Shown: in pieces, positions 51,246-60,900 of the stretch
How positions within the stretch are numbered: position 1 is the first letter of the stretch
How the letters are laid out: the number at the start of each line of letters is the position of its first letter
DNA from: Acidiferrobacterales bacterium
GTDB lineage: Bacteria > Pseudomonadota > Gammaproteobacteria > Acidiferrobacterales > DATGVQ01
Direction: 5' to 3'
NCBI GenBank assembly: GCA_035300145.1
Contig: DATGVQ010000180.1
Span: 1,232-65,231 of the forward strand
DNA: 64,000 nt
Notes under the pieces: generated by a model
What the model saw: the letters and a program-made list of their open reading frames with translations, nothing else
Database searches by the model: none
What the model was told of the DNA's origin: nothing
Position numbers and translations under genes: made by a program

Positions 51246-52262
51246 ATGACCACTCCCTCTCGAATACGGGTTGATCATGCTGCGTGCGCAAGATTGGCTT
51301 CGCTACTAAGAACCCATTCCATTCCGGAGCCTCAAGAGGATATTCAGCCACCCGACCTTCCGCGTGAACTTATAGGAAATTTCTTTCTGGCGGCAGTCGC
51401 GATTTGCCACCAGACGTCACCGATCGGTCGGCCACCTTTAGAGGGCATTATTGGCGGAACTTACGCCCATGGTTGGGATTTTTTGATTGCAAAACTAAAG
51501 ACTCATTATGAATCCGATCCTCAGCTACTCGCACCAAGCGTCTTGGCACAAATCACCGGCGCGGATATTCGGACCATTCTTCACGATCAAAAGTATGGTG
51601 ATCGGATCACTGACCCAGAGGGTCGCGCCGCCATATTGCGCGACCTCGGACAGACTATGTTAACGCGTGGTTGGAGTGGTGCTGATCAAATTTATCTCCT
51701 GTGTGACAGGCGCCTCGCGCTCAGTTCTCCCAACTTGCTCGACACTCTGTCGCAATTTCGCGCATACCGTGATCCGGTCCGCAAGAAATCACTATTTTTC
51801 TTATCGTTGATGAAATCCAGTGGTATGTGGAGTTATGTGGACGACGAGCATCTTTGGCCTCCAATCGACTATCACGAGATCCGGGGTCACCTGCGAATCG
51901 GAACAGTACAGATAGTCGATCAAACAATCGAATCGAAGATCCGAAAGCAGATACCCCTTACCGAGGAAGAGGACGCTGCCGTACGAGAAAAGGTGTTGGA
52001 GGCCATCTTGGAGATTTCTGCAAGCACTTCACACGATCCAACTCGCCTACATTATCTGTTCTGGAATATCTTTCGTGCGATTTGCACGCGAAGTTCCCCG
52101 CAGTGCTTGTCACTCAAATCCGAGGTAGATCTCCCGCAGCGGTATATGCCACTGACGGCGCATTCCAATGGTCCCCGGCGATGCCCATTTGAGCCCATAT
52201 GCGTTAGTGCCCATGCGTCGGAAAAACCTGTGGAACCAACGGTCAACATAGACTATTACTAG
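51246..52262 (+). CDS. divergent HhH-GPD / endonuclease III-like putative N-glycosylase with a 4-Cys loop
   Basis: 338 aa from the ATG at 51246, with AGGA 5 nt upstream. Motifs occur in Nth order: DPVRKKSLFFLSLM (compare GVGRKTANVVL), PPIDYHEIRGHLRIG (compare IAVDTHIFRVCNRT), and HYLFWNIFRAIC-x6-C-x25-C-x5-C (compare the EndoIII Fe-S cluster loop). This is motif-level recognition only. Confidence 0.55.
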   Translation: MTTPSRIRVDHAACARLASLLRTHSIPEPQEDIQPPDLPRELIGNFFLAAVAICHQTSPIGRPPLEGIIGGTYAHGWDFLIAKLKTHYESDPQLLAPSVLAQITGADIRTILHDQKYGDRITDPEGRAAILRDLGQTMLTRGWSGADQIYLLCDRRLALSSPNLLDTLSQFRAYRDPVRKKSLFFLSLMKSSGMWSYVDDEHLWPPIDYHEIRGHLRIGTVQIVDQTIESKIRKQIPLTEEEDAAVREKVLEAILEISASTSHDPTRLHYLFWNIFRAICTRSSPQCLSLKSEVDLPQRYMPLTAHSNGPRRCPFEPICVSAHASEKPVEPTVNIDYY

Positions 52263-52298
52263 ATTGTGATAGTCCTAAGGGAAGGGGGTAATTCGCTA

Positions 52299-53153
52299 AT
52301 GAACGAGGACGCCAAACTTGGCAATACGAATCCAGACGCCGGATCTAGCGGCACAAATCCGGACAGCAATCTCAACAATAAGAATCTACGACATATCTTT
52401 GTCGCATTTTTGTTTTCTCTGGTCGCTGCAGAAGTTGCTCGTTCCGCCGCGGTACTTTTTCAGATCATGGAAAAGGGTATCAACATCGATCAGCTTGCGC
52501 CAGCGGCACATCTCTTTCTTGCTGTACTCGTGGTCACGACAAGTTGGGTTGGATGGTCACGGTCTGCGCTGCGACCGGATGCAGCGCCGCTAACGAACGT
52601 CTTTCAGGAAACATTCTTAATATTGCTAATAGATGTGTTGTTAGTCATCTTGTATTTCACGCTCGCGCGAACCGTGGAGATCGATTCCGACAACATGGCG
52701 GTACGGGAGCCATCTGCATTTCCAGAGGCGCTCCTGATTTGCGTGATATTTTTGATCTATTTATTTTGGGACGTACTGTACGACGTGTGGATGGAATTAG
52801 GGAAGTTGGAGAAGACGGGATGCAGAAACTTTTGGACAACAGACTCATTGAAAAAAGTGCTCATCTTTGGGGCCGCTTCGATGATCAGTCTTCTCTGTGC
52901 GTTACTTGTGCTCGGCATCTACACGCATCATCCGCGGCAGCACGACATCGTGCCGGTTTACGCGGCAGATACCGCGTTGCTTGCAATCGTAATTGGCTTT
53001 CGCACGCTTAAGGGGCTAGAAGAACCCCTGGCCGGTTGCTTGAAGATTGAGATAACTCCGTCAATGAAAATTCCATTCAAATGGAAACGACGCCTTTTGC
53101 TCTATGGATTTGCATATGCCTTCAGCCTAAGCACATTGTGGCTATCCGCTTAA
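52299..53153 (+). CDS. orphan polytopic (~7 TM) membrane protein
   Basis: 284 aa from the ATG at 52299, or 295 aa from the GTG at 52266. It has an Asn/Gly/Ser-rich N-tail. Hydrophobic segments: IFVAFLFSLVAAEVARSAAVLF, HLFLAVLVVTTSWVGW, FLILLIDVLLVILYFTLA, LLICVIFLIYLFWDVLYDVW, VLIFGAASMISLLCALLVLGIY, AADTALLAIVIGF, LLLYGFAYAFSLSTLWL. No family recognised. Confidence 0.65.
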   Translation: MNEDAKLGNTNPDAGSSGTNPDSNLNNKNLRHIFVAFLFSLVAAEVARSAAVLFQIMEKGINIDQLAPAAHLFLAVLVVTTSWVGWSRSALRPDAAPLTNVFQETFLILLIDVLLVILYFTLARTVEIDSDNMAVREPSAFPEALLICVIFLIYLFWDVLYDVWMELGKLEKTGCRNFWTTDSLKKVLIFGAASMISLLCALLVLGIYTHHPRQHDIVPVYAADTALLAIVIGFRTLKGLEEPLAGCLKIEITPSMKIPFKWKRRLLLYGFAYAFSLSTLWLSA

Positions 53154-53164
53154 CAGTGTCCTCT

Positions 53165-53446
53165 GTGAAGGTCGGCCATGCCGCTGCACGGGCGCCCCGT
53201 GTGAATTCCCCGCCGCCATTCAACAAGAAGCACAACCCGCGCGAGCTTGAATGTGCGATTAATGCCAGGTTCGAACAGTGTCTGGGTGCCGCCGCGGTAT
53301 ACGAAGACGATTACTACCAGGTCAAGGGTTCTAAGGATGGCGACATGCACATCGAGTTTAAGCGTGCGGATCTTCTCGAAAAGGCCAACAAGATCATTCA
53401 CGACTGCTATGAGGGCGCGGCGCTTGCCCGGGGTCGGAGGGAGTAG
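53165..53446 (+). pseudogene. probable C-terminal gene remnant (DUF4942-like tail?)
   Basis: The open frame has no ATG; the only candidate start is the GTG at 53165. The tail YQVKGSKDGDMHIEFKRADLLEKANKIIHDCYEGA resembles, from memory, the C-terminal ..NGN.HL.F.R.DL..K.N... end of DUF4942 methyltransferase-associated proteins from mobile elements. Weak. Confidence 0.3.
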
Positions 53447-53522
53447 CTATGACAGGTGTCCACGCGTCATATGTTAGCCGCAGGACCGTACCAGCGGCTC
53501 GCCCGCTTCCTCCACGACGGTC

Positions 53523-53544
53523 GCTATGCTATATTTAGCATAGC
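53523..53544. promoter_or_regulatory. palindromic operator candidate upstream of the toxin-antitoxin pair
   Basis: gctatgcta-tatt-tagcatagc: a perfect 9-bp inverted repeat. It overlaps a TATATT -10-like hexamer and ends 13 nt before the toxin ATG. Confidence 0.5.
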
Positions 53545-53556
53545 TCACGGTGCTGG

Positions 53557-53916
53557 ATGAAAATAAAACCAATTGTCTGGGTCGGTTCTTCAAAAGACGA
53601 CCTTTGCCGGTTACCGGCGGCGATCCAGGACGCTTTCGGTTATGCGCTCTTTCTCGCGCAGACCGGCAAGAAACATCCGAACGCCAAACCGCTCAAAAGA
53701 TTTGGCGGCGCAGCAGTGCTGGAGATCGTTGAGGACTATCGCAGCGGCACCTATCGTGCCGTATATACCGTGCGATTCGAGGAGGCGATCTATGTGCTTC
53801 ACGTGTTTCAGAAGAAGGCAACCCACGGAATTGCCACGCCGAAACATGAGCTCGACCTGATCGAGCAGCGCTTGAAACGCGCAGTTGAGTTCCATTCAAC
53901 GTGGAAGAAGAGTTGA
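53557..53916 (+). CDS. type II toxin, RelE/ParE superfamily (Gp49 / HigB-like)
   Basis: 119 aa. KPIVWVGSSKDDLCRLPAAIQDAFGYAL...GTYRAVYTVRFEEAIYVLHVFQKKATHGIATPKHELDLIEQRLK matches the phage Gp49-like toxin pattern. The toxin-first order is typical of HigBA. Confidence 0.85.
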   Translation: MKIKPIVWVGSSKDDLCRLPAAIQDAFGYALFLAQTGKKHPNAKPLKRFGGAAVLEIVEDYRSGTYRAVYTVRFEEAIYVLHVFQKKATHGIATPKHELDLIEQRLKRAVEFHSTWKKS

Positions 53917-53921
53917 GAGCT

Positions 53922-54257
53922 ATGGTAAAGAAAATATCTGTGACCATCGGTACCACAAACGTGTTTGCGGATCTCGGTTACGACGATCCCAACGAGGCGC
54001 TCGCCAAGGCGCAGCTCGCGGCGCGCATTAGCGAACTCATTGAAAGCCGCCACCTTACCCAAACGGCGGCTGCGAAACTGCTCAGGATCGACCAACCCAA
54101 GATATCCATGCTCAGGCGTGGACGATTACGGGGCTTCTCCTATGAACGGTTACTCAAGTTCCTTACCGTTCTGGGATGTGATGTCGAGATCGTCATTGCT
54201 CGCCCGCACCGCCGCCGTCATCACGCGCGCGGTGAGGTGATGGTTAAAGCGGCCTAA
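53922..54257 (+). CDS. XRE-family HTH antitoxin (HigA-like)
   Basis: 111 aa from the ATG at 53922, 6 nt after the toxin stop. NVFADLGYDDPNEALAKAQLAARISELIESRHLTQTAAAKLLRIDQPKISMLRRGRLRGFSYERLLKFL is the usual partner of Gp49-like toxins. Confidence 0.8.
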   Translation: MVKKISVTIGTTNVFADLGYDDPNEALAKAQLAARISELIESRHLTQTAAAKLLRIDQPKISMLRRGRLRGFSYERLLKFLTVLGCDVEIVIARPHRRRHHARGEVMVKAA

Positions 54258-54722
54258 GTATGATATTCGGTCGAGTTAGTCAAATTGGGGTCGTTTGACG
54301 AAAGTGAACACCCGCGTTGCGGATGCAACATCTTGTCGATGGAGTACCGGATGAAGAATAAACGCAAAATCCATTTAGACAGCCACGTGTTATACGTATA
54401 TCGCTGTGCCGATTGTGGTTATCGCGGTAAAATGCATCATGGTGACCTGTTCTTTCCCTGATATCTCCCTGTTCCGATTCGTATTCAAAATGGGCTGGGT
54501 GATTGGGGATCGGCTCGGGGCGCGGATTTCCGCCGCGTAGGGCGTAGTGAGGCGTTAATAGGCACGAAATTCCCTGTATTTTTCCCTGTTAGCAGGGAAT
54601 TCATGTCAGAGCACAATGGCGCTACCTTAAGCACCCTGTCATGCACGATGAGCAAAGCTAAGCGGGCTCTTTCGGCATCCTACCTCATAAGAAAACTCGC
54701 ACACCCCTGTGCATCACAGGAT

Positions 54723-54772
54723 GCGTGAGAGCGGCCACCGCAGGGTGATGAAAAACGAGTTTTTCATCACTC
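54723..54772. repeat. modular palindromic repeat, copy F (terminal module only)
   Basis: gcgtgagagcggccaccgcagggtgatgaaaaacgagtttttcatcactcc. Same module and orientation as the 3' ends of copies B and C. Confidence 0.85.
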
Positions 54773-54960
54773 CGCTAAAAAGAATTGCTCCAGTTGAATA
54801 AAGCCGAGATTGGCGCGCCGCGCTCCATCGCTGCGCGCTACACCACGGGATCAATTTTTTATTTGTATGCATCTCGTCTACCATGGTGGCCGACCTTTAA
54901 AAACATAATGGAGAACAAACATGGATAGGCATGTTCTAGCTGTTATTTTGGCATTTTCCA

Positions 54961-57900
54961 TCAATTAACCGTGTCGGCGTGTATGCTCACCTCGACCGCG
55001 TGTTCCTGGCGGTCGTCGACAAGGGGAATAGCCTTGTCGTGTTGCTCGATACCATCAACCGTCACACTCGTTTTGCCGCTCTTTTCATCATCGGCGGCGC
55101 GCGCTTGCAAGACGGTGATGTGGTAGACCGTCTGCCGATATCGGTAATGTATCTTGAATGCCTTCCAATCCGCCGGGAGGCACGGAGCGAAATGCAGCTT
55201 GTCCACTTCCAACCTTAAGCCCAGAAGCGATTCCACGATCAGCCGGTACATCCAGCCGGCCGAACCCGTGTACCAGGTCCATCCACCGCGGCCGGTGTGC
55301 GGGGTAAGCGCGCAGACATCGGCCGCGGCGACGTAGGGTTCGACTTTGTAGGTCGCAATTCTCTCCTGTGATGCGGTATGATTCACCGGGTTGATCATGG
55401 CCAACAGTTCCCATGCGCGAGCGCTGTCACCCAATTGAGCAAACGCCATCGCCGCCCAGATTGCCCCGTGCGTGTACTGCCCGCCATTCTCTCGCACGCC
55501 GGGAGCGTAGCCTCTTATATAACCAGGGTCCAAATTCGACTTGTCGAAGGGCGGATCTAAAAGTTGGACGAGCGCGTGGTCGCGACGAACAAGGCGCTGA
55601 TACACTGCATCCATTGCCATGCGCGCGTGTTTGGCATCGCCCGCCCCGGATAGCACAGACCAGCTCTGCGCAATGGAATCGATCTGGCATTCGGTGTTGC
55701 TCGCCGACCCGAGCGGCGAGCCATCATCAAAGTAGGCGCGGCGGTACCACGCGCCATCCCAACCGTCGTCCTCGATATTCTGACGCAGCAAAGCCCCCTC
55801 CCCTGCGCAACGTTCGGCGAAGGAGGGGTCGCCATGCAGGCGCGCAACTTTGGTGAACTGCATTAGTACGTCACAAAGGAAAAATCCCAGCCAGACACTT
55901 TCACCTTTGCCGTGTTTGCCCACCCTATTCATGCCATCGTTCCAGTCACCGGAGCCAATGAGCGGCAGGCCGTGCGCACCAAATCGGAGTCCTCGCAGGA
56001 TGGCGCGCGCGCAGTGTTGGTACAAGCTCGCCGCTTCTTCCGAGCTGCCGGGTAGATCGTAGTACGAGTCGTCCTCAGGGTTTAGCGGGCGGCCTTCGAG
56101 GAAGTGGATGGGTTCATCCAGCACCCTGGTGTCGCCGGTAGCCAGAACATAGCGGCACGTCGCTAATGGCAGCCACAGGTAATCATCGGAACAATGCGTA
56201 CGCACACCCTGGCCTGACGGCGGATGCCACCAATGCTGGACATCGCCTTCCTGGAACTGACGGCTCGCGCAAAGGAGCAGGTGTGCGCGCACGAGCCTAG
56301 GCTCGGCGTGAATGAGCGCCATCACATCCTGCAACTGGTCGCGGAAACCAAAGGCGCCCCCGGATTGGTAGTATCCGCTGCGCGCCCACAGACGGCACGC
56401 TATAGTTTGGTATAAGAGCCAGCCGTTGGTCAGCACGTTGAGGGACGCATCGGGCGTTTCCACTCGCACTGCACCGAGAGTGTGCCGCCAGTGCTGGCGA
56501 ACACTGTCGAGTACTGCGCGCGCAGCAGTCGGCCCCCGAAAGCGATGCACCAGGTCGCCGGCGGCATCGGCATCTCGCCCTACGCCGAGCCGGAAGATGA
56601 TCTCGCGCTCTTGTCCGGGGGCCAGTTCGAATGAAACCTGGATCGCGGCGCAGGGATCCAGCGCTGCCCCCACCTTGCCGGAAAGCCGCGCGCGAATCAT
56701 CGCGGCCGGGCTCTTAAGCGTGCCGTTGCGCCCAATAAATTCAGTGCGGTCGCAGCTGGTGGTCCGGGTCGCGTCGTCTACATCGAAGAACACAACCCGA
56801 TCGGCGAACTCCGTGTTGTACGGGTTTCTTGCGTAGAGCGCGCCGCTGCGGTCAATTTCCGTGGTCACGTGCATGGCCGATTTCGGCCGCAGATCGCCCA
56901 GCACCCATTCCACGTAGCCCGTGACGGAGAGCAGGCGCGGCCGGCCCGACTCGTTTCGCACGGTCAACACCGAGAACTTGATCGAGGCCTCCAGGGCCAG
57001 GTAAACCCAAAGCTCTGAACGGATACCGTCCTGGTTGTGCTCAAACACGCTGTAGCCGAATCCGTGCCGGCTGACGTAAGAACCCGCGCCGCGACTGGGC
57101 AGCAGCGTGGGGGACCAGAACTGGCCGCTGTCTTCGTCGCGCAGGTAAAAGGCTTCTCCGCTCGCATCGCTCACGGGGTCGTTGTGCCAGGGCGTAAGCC
57201 GAAACTCGTGGGCATTGTCGCTCCAGGTATAGGCCTGGCCGCTCTCGGAAATGACGCTCCCAAAATGCGGATTCGCCAGCACGTTCACCCACGGCGCCGG
57301 CGTCATTTGGCCGGGCGCGAGCGTAATGACGTATTCGCGCCCATCCGGGGTGAATCCTCCCAGTCCATTGCAAAGGATCAGATCGCGACGCGGCAACTCG
57401 GCTGCGGTCGCGAATTCGACCTGATGGGTTCGGGTCGGCGTGAATCGCGGCACCCGCGCTTCCATCCGGCCGCGCCGGTTGATCTGTTGCGCCAGCGCTC
57501 CCCGGCTGTCGGTGATAATGGCGCGCGCGGCCGATTGCAGCAGAATGCGGTCCTCGTCCGATATCTGCTCCGCCCGCCGCACGAAGATTCCACCCGGGCG
57601 ATCCATCACGTGGGCTTCGATGCCCGCAGCAATCAGCCCCATGATTTGTTCTTGGAGTCGTTGCCGGTAACCGGCGTGGTCTTCGTTCCAGATGACCAGG
57701 TCCACCGCCAGTCCTTTTAAGCGCCAGTACGTGTGGGCCTGAACGAGCTGGCGCACCAGATCGATATTGACCACGTCTCTAATCTGCAGCAACACAATCG
57801 GCAAATCGCCGGAAATGGCGTAGCCCCATAGGCCGGATTGCCCGCGGCGGTTCTTGAGGAGGACGGCTGCGTCGGCGCGCAGCGAGGGATTGGCGTAGAT

Positions 57901-60900
57901 GACAGAATTGGCAAGGCGTCCGTAGAGTTGCGCGTCGGCCTCGGTGGCATTGATCTGCTGCAACACCACTTGGGCGTGGGTCCATGCGAGTTCGAAGACA
58001 CGATCGGCAAGATGCCGATCCTGATATTTCGCGGCCAGGCTTAGCGCGGCATCGCGGGTTTCGGCTATGCCGCAGACCATATCGATTGTTGCCGATTGCT
58101 CGGGGTCGAGTGTCATTCGACACCGGATGGCGACAATCGGATCGAGCACCGGGCCCTGACTGCCCGACAGCATCTCGGCATTGCGCATCGCTTGAGGGAC
58201 GGCGACGGTGTTTCCGCGGCCGATGAACCGCATGCGGTCCGTTTCGTATGAAGTCTCGCCAATGTCCGCCCCGTGCACGGCCATTAGATGGAACATCCAT
58301 GGCACCTGTTCCTCGAAGGAGCGAGGACGGCGCGTGCAGAGGATCGCCTGGCGCTGATGGATGATCTCGGTCTGAACGAAGAGATTGCTGAACACCGGAT
58401 GCAGCGCGTCCGCGGCGGACGGCGCGAGCACGACTTCCGCATAACTCGTGACTTCGATCGTCCTGCGTGTCCGGGCGCGGTTGGTGATGCGGATCCGGCG
58501 CAGTTCGATGTCGTCTTCCGGCGAAACGACGATATCGGTATGCGTATCGAAATCGTGGTCGCTGCGGCGAAACTCCGCACGTCCCTCCGAAAAAATTACT
58601 TCGTAATTCTTCGGTTGCTTCAGAGTCGGGTGATAGGCGGTTGACCAGAACTCACCGCTCGCGACGTCGTGGATGTAACAGTATGTGCCCCAGTTGTCGC
58701 AGGTGGTGTCTTCGCGCCAACGGGTAACGGCAATATCCTTCCAGCGGCTGTAGCCGCCGCCCGCGTTGGTGACCATCACGTGGTATCTGCCGTTGGACAG
58801 CAGCTGCACCTCCGGTATCGGCGTGTCGGGGCCGCCAAGCACGCGGACCGGCATCTCCGGGCTGCTTGCGGCCGCATGAATGCCGGCAAGCGCGGTGGTG
58901 TGCGAATGGAACGCCGTGGCCTTTGGAATCCGCTCCTGGAGCAACAGCGTGGTCGCCTGGAACAGCGGGTCCGACTCGAACCGCTTCTGCATCGGACGGT
59001 CCAGGATCAGATAAGCCAGAGACAGCAAGCTCATGCCCTGGTGATGGGCCATGAAGGATCGAACCACAACGCTCGCTTGTCCGCGTCGTTGACGCGCAGG
59101 CGTGTAGTCGATCGCTTCATAAAAGCCGAATCTTCCTTCGAGCCCCAAGCCGGCGAGCTGCTGCAGATTCAGGCACGCATCCTCGGGCGCCACCATCAGT
59201 GCGAGCGCCGATGCGTACGGCGCAACAACCAGATCCTCGGCCAGTCCGCGTTTTAGCCCCATCCCGGGCACGCCGAATGCACGGTACTGGTAGTTGAGCT
59301 GAACATCGACAGCGTTATAACCGGATTCCGACATGCCCCACGGTATGTCGCGCCGCTTCCCATACTCGATCTGTCTCTTTACCGCCGCACTACAGGTCTG
59401 GTCGAGCAGCGTATTTTCATAGGTCGGCATCACCAGGAGCGGCATAAGGTACTCGAACATCGAACCGCTCCACGAAAACAGAATCCGCTCTCCGCCGGCG
59501 GCAGTGAGCTGGCGCCCAAAGGCGAACCAGCTCTCTTGCGGCAGTTGCCCCTGCGCAATTGCGACAAAACTGCACAGTCTCGCTTCCGAAGCCAGCAGAT
59601 CGTAGTAACTCGAGTCCCGTCGACACTCATCAACGTTGTACCCGATCGCGAGCAGACGACGCTCTTTGTCGAACAGGAAGTCATACTCCATACGTGCGAA
59701 CCCGCTTGCTTGCAGGGCAAGACGCGCGATAACCGCAATCCTGTCTTTGGCGCGGCGGCTGGCTGCCGTGATTTCGCGTCGCAGCGCATCAAGCCACGCG
59801 CGCTCCGCAGCCGTCGCGCCGGCGTCGAGCCGCTGCCCGATTGCCGGCAGCAGCTCTACTTCAAGTCCCGCCAGTTCGCGCAGCGTCGGGATCTCGGCGA
59901 TGCCGGGGAAGTTGCCAAATTTGTCTGGTGCGGCCGGCAGTAATGTCCACGGCGCAAGAAACTCCAGCTCGTCGCAGGCGCCCCGGCATTGCCGGGCCAG
60001 CGCCTGTGCCCACCAGTGTGCGTCGCTGTCGGGGACGGCAGCGAAGGTGTCGGCGACTTCCGTAGCACAGGTGGCCAGCCGGGCTAGGCACAGCCGGGCT
60101 GCCGCAAGCGTGGTTGGACGAGAATGGCATACAGACTCCAGATCGTTCTGAAATCGCGTGAGCTGGATCGGCGGGGCGCCGCCCGCTGTGTCCACCAGAA
60201 TCCCCAGCGTGTCGTGGAGCCCGTCCAACAATCGCGCCCCCAGGATCTTGTCATCGGCAAGCGCGAGCAGACCCGGCCGCAATGTCAGCAGGTGGGCTGC
60301 GAGGTTGCCGCTGTCCACCGTCGAAACATAGATGGAGTGCAGCGGTTTTAGAGACTGCGTGTCATACCAGTTGTAGAAGTGACCCTGGTGGCGCTCGAGG
60401 GCCGCCATCGTCTGGAATGCATTTGCCGTGCGTTCGATGAGTTGTCCCGCCGGAATGTAGCCAAAGTCGTACGCAGACAGATTTGACAGCAAAGCAAGCC
60501 CCATGTTGGTCGGCGACGTGCGATGCGCAACCACAGCAACCCGATACTCCTGATAGTTGTCAGGCGGCAGCCAATGATCTTCCGGGCCGACAAAGGTCTC
60601 GAAGAACGCCCAGGTCTTTCGCGCAAGCTTTTGCAGAAACAGAGTCTGGTCGGCCGTCAGTCTCGCTTCGCGGCGAGCGAGCGGCCGGCTGATCCACCAC
60701 GCGATCGCGGGGAAGACCAACCAGAGGCACAATATGGGCGCGGCCACGGCGAGCAGCTCCGGCCGCGAAAACCCCAGGTAGATTCCAGCGGTAGCGGCGA
60801 TAGCAGGGGCGATCCACAGCGACCGGCAAGCGGCGGCGAGGTCCGTGCGGCCATTAAACTCCAGGTCGCTTGATGGACTCCATTCCAGAAGCCGTTTGTG

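Noticed and set aside
54351-54461. 36-codon ORF MKNKRKIHLDSHVLYVYRCADCGYRGKMHHGDLFFP, with GGAG 7 nt upstream.
   Set aside because: It has only one CxxC pair (half a zinc ribbon) and is too short to support without conservation data. It may be a fragment of a larger decayed gene.
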